This document shows positions 7,328-15,216 of a stretch of 35,187 nt of DNA, piece after piece. Under the pieces are notes generated by a model, which was not told the DNA's origin, made no database searches, and saw only the letters and a program-made list of their open reading frames with translations. A program made the translations under genes and the position numbers. This DNA comes from Minisyncoccota bacterium (GTDB lineage Bacteria; Patescibacteriota; Minisyncoccia; Phycocordibacterales; Phycocordibacteraceae): contig JAQUAU010000002.1 of the NCBI GenBank assembly GCA_028687085.1, forward strand, positions 1 through 35,187, in the 5' to 3' direction. Numbering within the stretch: position 1 is the stretch's first letter; each line of letters starts with the position of its first letter.

Positions 7328-9523
7328 ATGGCTCGTAAAAATGGAAATGGCAGTCGGCGGGGTCGCGCGCGCGAGGAGACGGTTAAGGAATATGACATGC
7401 TTATCCGCTGGGCATCGGCCATCGTCCTCTTTGCCGCAGGCATCCTGCTTGTCCTCGGGATATTCGGAGCAGCGGGCCCGGTAGGCGCAGCGGTCTTCAC
7501 GGCGAGCTATACCGTTGTCGGCGTGGGAGCCTTCCTCCTCCCTATCGCTCTTATCGCTGTCGGTCTCTATGCGGGCTTCGGCCGGCCGACGATTGCACCC
7601 TTGACCGCCTCCGGTCTCCTCCTTCTCTCAGCCTCTATCCTGGCCTTCGCCGGTCTCTTCCCTTCTACCGACGTGGGCGGCCTGCTCGGGAGCTGGGAGG
7701 GATCGCTCCTCACCGGCTTCTTCGGATTTTGGGGTTCGCTCGTTCTCCTTGTCGCACTGATCAGCATCGGCATCGCCATCATAAGCGACCTCGAAGCGCT
7801 CGGTGCGCTCCTCAGCGAAAACGTTGTCTCGATCTGGGGGCGCATGCGCTCACGCAGTTCTCTTGACGAATCAACAGACCCTGAAGCGCTCTCGGTCGTC
7901 GGCGTCCCTGAAGACGAGGACTATGAAGAAGAGGCTGATTCCTCTCCCACCGATCCTGAACGCGAGCCGGTGGTAACCGTCTTCAATCGCCCCTCTGCCC
8001 TGGGGACCGGCATCGTGAACTTCGACGCCGAGTACGAGGCGCCTCCCCTTTCGATCCTCGGTGCTGACCGCGGCAAGCCGGGTGTGGGCGACATCAAGGC
8101 GAACGCGAACATCATCAAGCGCACCTTCCAGAACTTCGGCATCAACCTCGAGATGGACGAAGTGTCCGTCGGCCCGACTGTCACGCGCTACGCGGTGAAG
8201 CCGGCCGAGGGCGTGCGTCTCTCTAAGATAGTCTCTCTCGCAAACAATCTCGAGCTCGCGCTCGCCGCACATCCGGTGCGCATCGAGGCGCCGATCCCGG
8301 GTAAGTCGCTCGTCGGCATCGAGGTGCCGAACACGGTCAAGGCGATGGTCGGCCTCGGCGGACTCCTCGGCGCTCCCGAGTGGAGCGACAGCGACAAGCC
8401 GCTTCTCTCCGCACTCGGCCGAGATATCACCGGTACACCGCACTATGTGAACATCGCTAAGATGCCCCACGGACTCGTCGCCGGTGCGACCGGCTCGGGC
8501 AAGTCGGTCGCGATACACGCGATCATCACCTCGCTCCTCTACCGCAACGGCCCCAACCAGCTGCGCTTCATCATGATCGACCCGAAGCGCGTCGAACTCA
8601 CCGCCTACAACGGCATCCCCCACCTCCTCACGCCCGTCATCACCGACCCCAAGAAGGCCATCTTCTCGCTCAAGTGGGCCGCCAAGGAGATGGAACGCCG
8701 CTACAACATCCTCGAGACAGAACGCGTGCGTGACATCGGCTCGTATCACGCCTCTATCTTCGAACCCGCAAAGAAGAAAGGCGGTGACGACCTGCCCGAA
8801 GCCCTTCCCTACATCGTCATCGTCATCGACGAGCTCGCCGACATTATGCAGAGCTACCCGCGCGAGCTCGAGGCGTCCATCGTCCGCCTTGCACAGATGT
8901 CGCGCGCTGTCGGCATCCATCTCGTCATCTCTACCCAGCGTCCGTCGGTCAACGTCATCACCGGTCTTATCAAGGCGAACGTGCCGACGCGCATGGCGCT
9001 CCAGGTCGCCTCTCAGATCGATTCACGGACTATCCTCGACGGCTCGGGCGCCGAGACCCTGCTCGGCGCGGGCGACATGCTCTATCTCTCGAGCGACATG
9101 CAGAAGCCGGTGCGTCTCCAGACCGCCTTCATCAGCGAAGGTGAGGTGAAGAAGGTGGTGAGCTATATCAAGAGCCACAACGTCGGCGACCTATCCTCGA
9201 TCGACTTCGGCGGGAGCGGCACCGGCACGCCGGCAGAAGCCAATGATGTCATCGGCCTCATAAACGGAAACTTCGATGACGACAGCGACGACGACCTCTA
9301 TGAAGACGCTCGCACGGCGGTCGAAGAGGCTGGTCGCGCCTCAACCTCCTACCTCCAGCGCAAGCTGAAGATCGGTTACTCCCGCGCGGCGCGGCTCATG
9401 GACGTCCTCGAAGCCAAGGGCATCATCGGCGGCGCCGACGGCTCTAAGCCGCGCGAGGTGCTAAACCGGCGTGACGCTGCCCCATCACACGGCGGAGAGA
9501 GCGCCAGCGATGATGTCTTCTAG
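7328..9523 (+). CDS. ftsK: DNA translocase FtsK/SpoIIIE
   Basis: N-terminal TM helices. Walker A is GATGSGKSV and Walker B is IVIVIDELADIM. The C-terminal gamma wHTH reads TSYLQRKLKIGYSRAARLMDVLEAKGIIG. Confidence 0.95.
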   Translation: MARKNGNGSRRGRAREETVKEYDMLIRWASAIVLFAAGILLVLGIFGAAGPVGAAVFTASYTVVGVGAFLLPIALIAVGLYAGFGRPTIAPLTASGLLLLSASILAFAGLFPSTDVGGLLGSWEGSLLTGFFGFWGSLVLLVALISIGIAIISDLEALGALLSENVVSIWGRMRSRSSLDESTDPEALSVVGVPEDEDYEEEADSSPTDPEREPVVTVFNRPSALGTGIVNFDAEYEAPPLSILGADRGKPGVGDIKANANIIKRTFQNFGINLEMDEVSVGPTVTRYAVKPAEGVRLSKIVSLANNLELALAAHPVRIEAPIPGKSLVGIEVPNTVKAMVGLGGLLGAPEWSDSDKPLLSALGRDITGTPHYVNIAKMPHGLVAGATGSGKSVAIHAIITSLLYRNGPNQLRFIMIDPKRVELTAYNGIPHLLTPVITDPKKAIFSLKWAAKEMERRYNILETERVRDIGSYHASIFEPAKKKGGDDLPEALPYIVIVIDELADIMQSYPRELEASIVRLAQMSRAVGIHLVISTQRPSVNVITGLIKANVPTRMALQVASQIDSRTILDGSGAETLLGAGDMLYLSSDMQKPVRLQTAFISEGEVKKVVSYIKSHNVGDLSSIDFGGSGTGTPAEANDVIGLINGNFDDDSDDDLYEDARTAVEEAGRASTSYLQRKLKIGYSRAARLMDVLEAKGIIGGADGSKPREVLNRRDAAPSHGGESASDDVF

Positions 9524-9531
9524 CTGAAGAC

Positions 9532-9864
9532 ATGGTTAAGCGCCTCATCATCTCGGTTCTGTGCATCCTCGCCGTATACGGGGGCATCGAGGCCTGGCCG
9601 CTTCTCTACGGCCCTTCGCTCTCTATCACGTCTCCTCTCGATAACGCCTCCTTCCCGGGCGGCATTGTCCCCATTGAGGGGAGGGCGCCGCGCGCCGCGC
9701 GCCTCACGCTCAACGGCGCGCCGCTCCTGTATGAAGAAAACGGTCGGTTCTCTTCAGCCCTTACCTTCCCGCGCGGAGGGTCTATACTTAGGTTTGAAGC
9801 GCAAGATCGCTTTGGCAGAAAGATAACCGAGACACGTTCCATTTTCGTCCCTTTTGAAAATTGA
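9532..9864 (+). CDS. small membrane-anchored hypothetical protein (single beta-sandwich-like domain)
   Basis: 110-aa ORF starting 9 nt after the ftsK stop. It has an N-terminal hydrophobic helix. No family was recognised. Confidence 0.55.
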   Translation: MVKRLIISVLCILAVYGGIEAWPLLYGPSLSITSPLDNASFPGGIVPIEGRAPRAARLTLNGAPLLYEENGRFSSALTFPRGGSILRFEAQDRFGRKITETRSIFVPFEN

Positions 9865-9884
9865 TAATTAGAAATTGTAAATTA
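9854..9884 (+). promoter_or_regulatory. 31-bp AT-rich element, recA copy (TTGAAAATTGATAATTAGAAATTGTAAATTA)
   Basis: Reads as TTGAAA-N18-TAAATT and ends exactly 8 nt before the recA ATG. It matches the element upstream of rpsR at 29 of 31 positions. Confidence 0.6.
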
Positions 9885-9892
9885 CTAACAAC

Positions 9893-10942
9893 ATGGCCTT
9901 TGGAAAACCAAAAAAAGAAAAAGTGCTGAAGTCGGTTACGGCGACCGCTACCGACACAACTGAGCGGCAGAAATCAATCGAGCAGGCGCTCAAAGAGATC
10001 CGCACCAAGTTTGGCGATGAAGCCATCACCACCTACGGCGCAGGCACGCCGCAGAAGATACCGGCGATATCGACCGGTTCGATCGGGCTCGATGCCGCTC
10101 TCGGTATAGGCGGTCTCCCCCGCGGACGCATCATCGAGATCTTCGGCCCCGAATCAAGCGGCAAGACGACGCTCGCGCTCCACGTCATTGCACAAGCACA
10201 AGATGCCGGCGGCATTGCGGCATTCGTCGACGCAGAACACGCACTTGATCCAGAGTATGCACGCCGCATCGGCGTGAAGCTGCCTGAGCTCCTTATCAGC
10301 CAGCCGGACACCGGCGAACAGGCGCTCGATATTGTGGAGAGCCTGGTGCGGAGCGGAAATGTGGATGTCATCGTTGTGGACTCGGTCGCGGCGCTCACCC
10401 CTAAAGACGAGATCGAGGGCGAGATGGGCCAGCAACACATGGGCAAGCAAGCGCGACTCATGAGCCAAGCGCTTCGGAAGCTCACCGCCATAGCTGCACG
10501 CTCTAAAACCATCGTCATCTTCATCAACCAGATCCGCATGCAGATAGGCGTCATGTTCGGCAACCCTGAGACGACACCGGGCGGCAAGGCGCTCAAGTTT
10601 TATACCTCAGTGCGCCTCGATATCCGCCGTATCGCCTCGATCAAGAAGGGTGAAGAAGTGGTCGGCGGTCGCGTGCGCGTGAAGGTAGTGAAAAATAAGG
10701 TCGCCGCGCCCTTCAAGACGACTGAGTTCGACCTTCTCTACAATGAGGGCATCAGTCGGGAGGGCGAGCTTATCGCACTCGGTGAGAAATATGACCTTGT
10801 CACAAAGTCCGGCAATACCTACAAGATGGGAGAGACGAAACTCGGCGTCGGCTACGACGCCTCGCGCACCTTCCTGCGCGACAACAAATCGATCTCTAAA
10901 GAGCTGCTGAAGCAGATCAAAGAAAAACTGACTGCGAGCTAG
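9893..10942 (+). CDS. recA: recombinase RecA
   Basis: Full-length RecA. Walker A is GPESSGKTT. It also has VVDSVAAL and [22 protein letters not shown]. Confidence 0.97.
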   Translation: MAFGKPKKEKVLKSVTATATDTTERQKSIEQALKEIRTKFGDEAITTYGAGTPQKIPAISTGSIGLDAALGIGGLPRGRIIEIFGPESSGKTTLALHVIAQAQDAGGIAAFVDAEHALDPEYARRIGVKLPELLISQPDTGEQALDIVESLVRSGNVDVIVVDSVAALTPKDEIEGEMGQQHMGKQARLMSQALRKLTAIAARSKTIVIFINQIRMQIGVMFGNPETTPGGKALKFYTSVRLDIRRIASIKKGEEVVGGRVRVKVVKNKVAAPFKTTEFDLLYNEGISREGELIALGEKYDLVTKSGNTYKMGETKLGVGYDASRTFLRDNKSISKELLKQIKEKLTAS

Positions 10943-11274
10943 GAGCGATACGACCTCGCAATGTCGATTATGAGCCGCGCTATTTCAAAAGCGAGGTAGA
11001 TAAGCGATGCGAGCGTGAGGAGCGTGAGTACCTGTACGGCGAGGTTTGTGTTGGTGAAGGCGGCGATATAGAAATTGAGCAGATCGTCGAGATTCGGCGG
11101 CGCATTCTCGAGCACGCGCGCAACCCACACTTCCCTCCCAATGCCCCAGAGTGCGGCAATGGCGGTAAGCGCAGCGAGCACGACCGTCGAGATGATGAGC
11201 CGCAAGACGCGGATAAGCTGCACGCGGCGCATCACAATGCGTTCGATATCGGATTGTTCAGTGTATTCAGTCAT
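10939..11274 (-). CDS. two-TM membrane protein, possible anti-sigma partner (called from position only)
   Basis: ORF 10939..11289. It overlaps the 3' end of the sigma gene, so the two are probably translationally coupled. Candidate ATGs are at 11274, 11286 and 11289. No ZAS motif is present. Confidence 0.5.
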   Translation of the reverse strand: MTEYTEQSDIERIVMRRVQLIRVLRLIISTVVLAALTAIAALWGIGREVWVARVLENAPPNLDDLLNFYIAAFTNTNLAVQVLTLLTLASLIYLAFEIARLIIDIARSYRS

Positions 11275-11860
11275 AGTGTTGTTCATCATAGGCTTGTTTG
11301 AAGAGCTTTTTCGCCCGGTGCACGCGCGTTTTCACTGCCGGTATCGAGAGCCGTTCAGAGTCGGCGATCTCTTCTTGCGTCTTGCCCTCGATAAACTGGA
11401 GCCGGAGCAATTTTGCCGCAGCCTCGGGTAGCTTCGAAAGTGCTGCGATAACTTCGTCACGTATCGAAAGATCCTCAAGGAATTCTGCCCGCGCGTCTGG
11501 CAATGATTCGTAGTGCTCGGGTTCGAGCTCGGCCGTCTTCTCCCATTCTTTGCGCCGCGCGGCATACTTGGTATACGCGACGCGATTGAGGATGGTGTAG
11601 GCCCACGAAGAGAAGCTCGCCCCCTCTTGCGCATGATACTTATCTGCATAGAGATACATCTTGGTGAAGGCGTCTTGCACCACCTCCTCGGCATCTTCAG
11701 GGCTTCGGAGTATCGCCCGAGCACGGCGCAGAAGCGCGGCTTCATAGCGATGGACGAGGACCGCAAAGAGATCGGGATGCGCCTTTGAACGCGCAAGTAC
11801 CTCTGCGTCCGTGAGCGCAGCGAGCTCGGTGGTTGAAAAACTCATAATGTCTGCTAGCAT
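11267..11860 (-). CDS. RNA polymerase sigma-70 family ECF-type sigma factor
   Basis: Region 2 reads DAEEVVQDAFTKMY...SWAYTILNR. Region 4 reads LLRLQFIEGKTQEEIADSERLSIPAVKTRVHRAKKL. An alternative start lies at 11845. Confidence 0.85.
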   Translation of the reverse strand: MLADIMSFSTTELAALTDAEVLARSKAHPDLFAVLVHRYEAALLRRARAILRSPEDAEEVVQDAFTKMYLYADKYHAQEGASFSSWAYTILNRVAYTKYAARRKEWEKTAELEPEHYESLPDARAEFLEDLSIRDEVIAALSKLPEAAAKLLRLQFIEGKTQEEIADSERLSIPAVKTRVHRAKKLFKQAYDEQHYD

Positions 11861-11890
11861 ACACCAATCCGCCGTGGGCGGTACTTTTTA

Positions 11891-11917
11891 TAACGGTCAG
11901 AATGCATTTCTGGTTTC
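11891..11917 (-). promoter_or_regulatory. possible ECF-type promoter (GAAAC-N17-CGTTA) upstream of the sigma gene
   Basis: The minus strand reads TGAAACCAGAAATGCATTCTGACCGTTAT. This is a by-eye match to the generic GGAAC-N16/17-CGT pattern of ECF promoters. Confidence 0.25.
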
Positions 11918-11955
11918 AACTGCCTACTGCTTTCTGCTAACTGCTTACTACTCTT

Positions 11956-12531
11956 ATGGCCGTACTGTCGTATAACGAAATCCTTCCGAAGTGCATCATT
12001 AACTACAATAATGAGCCGTATGAAGTGCTGTCAGCACATATTTTCCGCATGCAGCAGAGGAAGCCGGTCAACCAGACGAAGCTCCGTCAGCTCGTGGGCG
12101 GCAAGGTTCTCGAAATCGCCTTTCATCAGAACGAGACGGTCACTGAAGCAGATACCGGCAAAATGCAGGCGCAGTACCTCTACACCAACAAGGGTGAGAG
12201 CTGGTTCGCCGAAGAAGGAAATGCGAAAAATCGCTTCTCCTTCCCCGAAGACTCCGTACACGACAAGGTGCAGTGGCTCTCGCAAAACTCCTCAGTCGAA
12301 GTACTCACCTATGAAGAGAAGCCGATGACGATAAAGATCGACATCAAGGTGGAGCTGGAGGTGAAGGATGCGCCGCCGGCAGTCAAGGGCAATACGGTGA
12401 GCGGCGGCAGCAAGCTCGCGATCCTCTCGACCGGTGCGAAGGTAAATGTCCCGCTCTTCATCAACTCGGGCGACATCATCCGCATTAACACGGACACCGG
12501 AGAGTACACCGAACGCGTCGAGAAGGCATAA
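11956..12531 (+). CDS. efp: elongation factor P
   Basis: 191 aa with EF-P architecture and an EF-P-like N-terminus (NYNNEPYEVLSAHIFRMQQRKPVNQTKLRQL). The loop sequence is non-canonical (see findings). Confidence 0.9.
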   Translation: MAVLSYNEILPKCIINYNNEPYEVLSAHIFRMQQRKPVNQTKLRQLVGGKVLEIAFHQNETVTEADTGKMQAQYLYTNKGESWFAEEGNAKNRFSFPEDSVHDKVQWLSQNSSVEVLTYEEKPMTIKIDIKVELEVKDAPPAVKGNTVSGGSKLAILSTGAKVNVPLFINSGDIIRINTDTGEYTERVEKA

Positions 12532-12546
12532 GCGCGATGTGGGGCT

Positions 12547-12587
12547 AAAACAAAAACCGCTTTCTATATGAAAGCGGTTTTTGTTTT
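12547..12587. terminator. bidirectional intrinsic terminator between efp and rpsR
   Basis: Perfect 18-bp stem AAAACAAAAACCGCTTTC / GAAAGCGGTTTTTGTTTT with loop TATAT. Confidence 0.85.
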
Positions 12588-12599
12588 CTTGAAAACTCG

Positions 12600-12806
12600 T
12601 TAGGCGGCGATGTAGGGGAGGAGCGCCATGTAGCGGGCACGCTTCACCGCCTGCATAATGTCGCGCTGCTTGTTGGCCGGGATACCCGTGCGCTTCTTCG
12701 AGAGCATCTTTGCGTGTGCATTGGTAAAGAGCTTCAGATACGCGACATCCTTGTAGTCGATAAATTTCTTGATCTCTATTTCCTCTCGTTCAGCTTGATA
12801 GGCCAT
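12600..12806 (-). CDS. rpsR: 30S ribosomal protein S18
   Basis: Contains IDYKDVAYLKLF...KRTGIPANKQRDIMQAVKRARYMALLPY. The ATG at 12806 is preferred over the TTG at 12824 because of where the 31-bp element sits. Confidence 0.9.
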   Translation of the reverse strand: MAYQAEREEIEIKKFIDYKDVAYLKLFTNAHAKMLSKKRTGIPANKQRDIMQAVKRARYMALLPYIAA

Positions 12807-12814
12807 ATCGTAAA

Positions 12815-12845
12815 TAATTTTCAATTTCTAATTTTCAATTTTCAA
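12815..12845 (-). promoter_or_regulatory. 31-bp AT-rich element, rpsR copy (TTGAAAATTGAAAATTAGAAATTGAAAATTA on the minus strand)
   Basis: Matches the recA copy at 29 of 31 positions. It also ends exactly 8 nt before the ATG at 12806. Confidence 0.6.
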
Positions 12846-12848
12846 ACA

Positions 12849-13301
12849 CTAAAACGGGATGTCTTCGGGATTTATTTCTTCGTCGGGATACTTAATCGCC
12901 TCGCCCTCGCTCGGTGCTGGCTGTTCGTGCGAAGCTGACTGATCTGAACCTGCAGAGGGCGCACCGCCCTTCGCATCAGCGCCGAACTGGAAGTTCTCGA
13001 CGATAATCTCGGTGCGGTACTGCTTCTTGCCGTCCTCCTTACCCTCCCATGAGCGCGTCGTGATGCGACCCTCGACGAAGATGGGGCGGCCTTTCTTCAC
13101 GTACTGCGCGATAACCTCGGCGGTGCGGCCGAAGGCGACGATGTTGTGGAACTCGGTTGCCTCCTGCTTCGCGCCACTCTTGTCCTTGTAGGTGCGGTTT
13201 GTTGCGAGACCGAAGTTCACTACATTGCTCCCCGAAGGGAGCGCCTTCAACTCCGGGTCGCGAGTAAGATTGCCGTAGAGGAATACTTTGTTGAGGTACA
13301 T
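12849..13301 (-). CDS. ssb: single-stranded DNA-binding protein
   Basis: The true start is the ATG at 13301 (MYLNKVFLYGNLTRDPELK). It has an OB fold and an acidic tail ending EDIPF. The 59-aa N-terminal extension in the ORF track is spurious. Confidence 0.93.
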   Translation of the reverse strand: MYLNKVFLYGNLTRDPELKALPSGSNVVNFGLATNRTYKDKSGAKQEATEFHNIVAFGRTAEVIAQYVKKGRPIFVEGRITTRSWEGKEDGKKQYRTEIIVENFQFGADAKGGAPSAGSDQSASHEQPAPSEGEAIKYPDEEINPEDIPF

Positions 13302-13307
13302 GTCCGT

Positions 13308-13313
13308 ATTATA
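13308..13313 (-). promoter_or_regulatory. consensus TATAAT hexamer 6 nt upstream of the ssb ATG
   Basis: The minus strand reads GTTGTTATATAATACGGACATG. The hexamer overlaps the rpsF stop codon. Confidence 0.5.
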
Positions 13314-13797
13314 TAACAACGTTCTCGAGTGCGGCGTCGAGTTCTGCACCGACAGCAGCCTCTGCATCAACCTCGCGCTCCGGCATCTTGGCCGACAGCT
13401 CGCGCATCTCGACCGCGTGGCGAGCGGCATCCTTCGTCGTGAGCAGGTCGATGAAACGAACAACCTGCTTGTTTGCATTCATCGCAGACAGGATCTCCGC
13501 GTGATCAGGAGCTGTCATCTCATAGGCGATCCAGGCGAAGTAGGCCGAGTCGAAGTCGCGGCGACCAGCCACCTCCTGGCGAGAAATCGTGTAGGCGAGC
13601 TGGATCTTCTCGGGTTCGCCCTCGGCGACGAGAGTTCCCTTCCCTCCGACAAGGTCGCGAATCGCCTGGTACGCCTTCTTTACCTCCTCGACCGGAAGTT
13701 CCGGGTCGAGATGAAAGCCGAGCTCGTAGACACGGGGTTCAGAACCCATAGTTTCGAGTTCGTCGACAATCACTTCTTCATCCTGATTCTTAGCCAT
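13309..13797 (-). CDS. rpsF: 30S ribosomal protein S6 (extended form)
   Basis: S6-like core (RVYELGFHLDP...IQLAYTI...YFAWIAYE) in the classical rpsF-ssb-rpsR order. Confidence 0.75.
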   Translation of the reverse strand: MAKNQDEEVIVDELETMGSEPRVYELGFHLDPELPVEEVKKAYQAIRDLVGGKGTLVAEGEPEKIQLAYTISRQEVAGRRDFDSAYFAWIAYEMTAPDHAEILSAMNANKQVVRFIDLLTTKDAARHAVEMRELSAKMPEREVDAEAAVGAELDAALENVVI

Positions 13798-13806
13798 AAT
13801 TCCCGC

Positions 13807-13815
13807 ATCCTAGCA
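13807..13815 (-). promoter_or_regulatory. TGCTAGGAT (extended -10-like) 9 nt upstream of the rpsF ATG
   Basis: The same 9-mer recurs upstream of the AI-2E transporter gene at 17678..17686. Confidence 0.45.
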
Positions 13816-13822
13816 CGGGTTT

Positions 13823-14629
13823 TCACCCCTCGCAAGGGAGCGAAAAGAGGCGGCACGCATTTGCGAGAAGGGCCGTGCGGACCATCTCAGAGTCCTCGCC
13901 CCGTATCTCCGCTATTTTGGCGACGACCTCGATAACGGCGAGTGGGTCATTGCGCTTACCGCGGCGGCTCGCCGGCGCGACATACGGAGCATCAGTCTCT
14001 GAAAGGATGCTCGCGAGCGGGACTGCCCTGATAACGGCATCATAGTCGCGAGCAAACGTGATGACGGCAGTAAAGGAGACTGTGAAGCCGAGTTCGCGAA
14101 GCGCGTCGGCCTCCGCGATGCCGCCCACGAAGAAGTGAGCATCTCCCCGCAAGTTTGGATACAGCGCCTTTGCTTCTGTAAGTATGTCTATGAGATCGGT
14201 GTAGGCGTCCATCGTACCCTTGCTCGGCCGTGGATGCAGGATAAGCGGCTTGTCGAGTTCGGCCGCAAGCTCGATATGTTTCTGTAACACTTCTTTCTGC
14301 TTTTCCTTCACTTCATTATCTACCTCGACGGGTCGAAAATAATCCAACCCGCACTCCCCTATCGCAACGACCTTCGAGTGCGTGGCGAGGGCACGAAATA
14401 CTTCGATATCAAATAGCTCGCTGGTATGGTTTGGGTGAAGGCCGACCGAGGCAAAGAGGTGCTCATGTTTTTCTGCAAGCGCCACGGCCTTCTCTGACGA
14501 TTCTCGATCGACGCCGACCACGATGCCCGCGACGCCTTCTTCTTTCATCCGCTCGATAAGCGCGACGCTGTCGGCGTCATAGTCGTCGAACTGCACGTGG
14601 CAGTGCGCGTCGATGTATTTAATCTGCAT
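13823..14629 (-). CDS. tatD: TatD-family metal-dependent hydrolase/DNase
   Basis: Has the IDAHCHVQF N-terminal metal motif. Length and motifs are typical of TatD. Confidence 0.9.
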   Translation of the reverse strand: MQIKYIDAHCHVQFDDYDADSVALIERMKEEGVAGIVVGVDRESSEKAVALAEKHEHLFASVGLHPNHTSELFDIEVFRALATHSKVVAIGECGLDYFRPVEVDNEVKEKQKEVLQKHIELAAELDKPLILHPRPSKGTMDAYTDLIDILTEAKALYPNLRGDAHFFVGGIAEADALRELGFTVSFTAVITFARDYDAVIRAVPLASILSETDAPYVAPASRRGKRNDPLAVIEVVAKIAEIRGEDSEMVRTALLANACRLFSLPCEG

Positions 14630-14653
14630 AAAACGAGCGTAGCATAAAAAAAT

Positions 14654-14681
14654 CGGGCGACTCGAAACATCGAGTCGCCCG
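14654..14681 (-). terminator. intrinsic terminator
   Basis: 11-bp stem CGGGCGACTCG / CGAGTCGCCCG with a 6-nt loop. On the minus strand it is followed by ATTTTTTTAT. Confidence 0.8.
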
Positions 14682-14704
14682 CGGCATTCGCCGTTTTGCT
14701 TTCA

Positions 14705-15145
14705 TCATTCACCGACCCTTCCTCGACCCTTGGACGACTCGCGAGCCAGATACAGGAGTCCGCCAATTGCCGGGAGAGCACTGAGGTAGTGCGTGATCTT
14801 TCCATCTGTCGATTTCATCGGTGTGACAAGCATCGTAGCCGCGAAGGCTAAGGCGATCCCGAAGAAGCCGAAGATCCATACAGAGAAAATTGCTCCAGAC
14901 AGGCCAGAAAGAACAGCGAGTACGATCGAGAGCGATGAAGTTCCGATAACAACGGCAATCGGGTGCATAAAAAAGATGGTAATGATGATGAACACCGACG
15001 CCACGAGTCCAGCCGTAGCAAGTCCCCCGATAGCAGCATCGAGAGCACTCGTATTATCGTGACTTCCCATTATCAAGACTACCAGCAGTCCTAGCACCAC
15101 CTGAGGAATCGTCAGGTAGGCTCCCCACTTCCCTAAAATGTCCAT
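14705..15145 (-). CDS. small polytopic membrane protein, unknown function
   Basis: 146 aa with four or more hydrophobic helices. GGGGGAG lies 3 nt upstream of the ATG, making this one of the few genes here with a Shine-Dalgarno-like sequence. Confidence 0.6.
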   Translation of the reverse strand: MDILGKWGAYLTIPQVVLGLLVVLIMGSHDNTSALDAAIGGLATAGLVASVFIIITIFFMHPIAVVIGTSSLSIVLAVLSGLSGAIFSVWIFGFFGIALAFAATMLVTPMKSTDGKITHYLSALPAIGGLLYLARESSKGRGRVGE

Positions 15146-15216
15146 AACTCCCCCTGTATATGGCTCGCGCGGCGCGTGAGTTCCGAGGAATATTATGTGC
15201 TATAGAACCTATATTG

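Noticed and set aside
7871-8920. 349-aa minus-strand ORF inside ftsK
   Set aside because: Antisense to a confidently identified FtsK motor domain, with an Asp/Arg/Gly-rich shadow composition.
12849-13478. N-terminal extensions of track ORFs (ssb 12849..13478, argS 25672..27678, recO 21851..22660, envelope protein 19963..22026)
   Set aside because: The extensions are Arg/Cys/Ser-rich, overlap the upstream genes, and precede obvious canonical N-termini (MYLNKVFLYGN, MEERIRK, MRHKYDTRG, MPYAPEDD). Starts were moved to the internal ATGs.
13288-13935. 215-aa plus-strand ORF
   Set aside because: Antisense to rpsF and the 3' end of tatD, with no independent signals.
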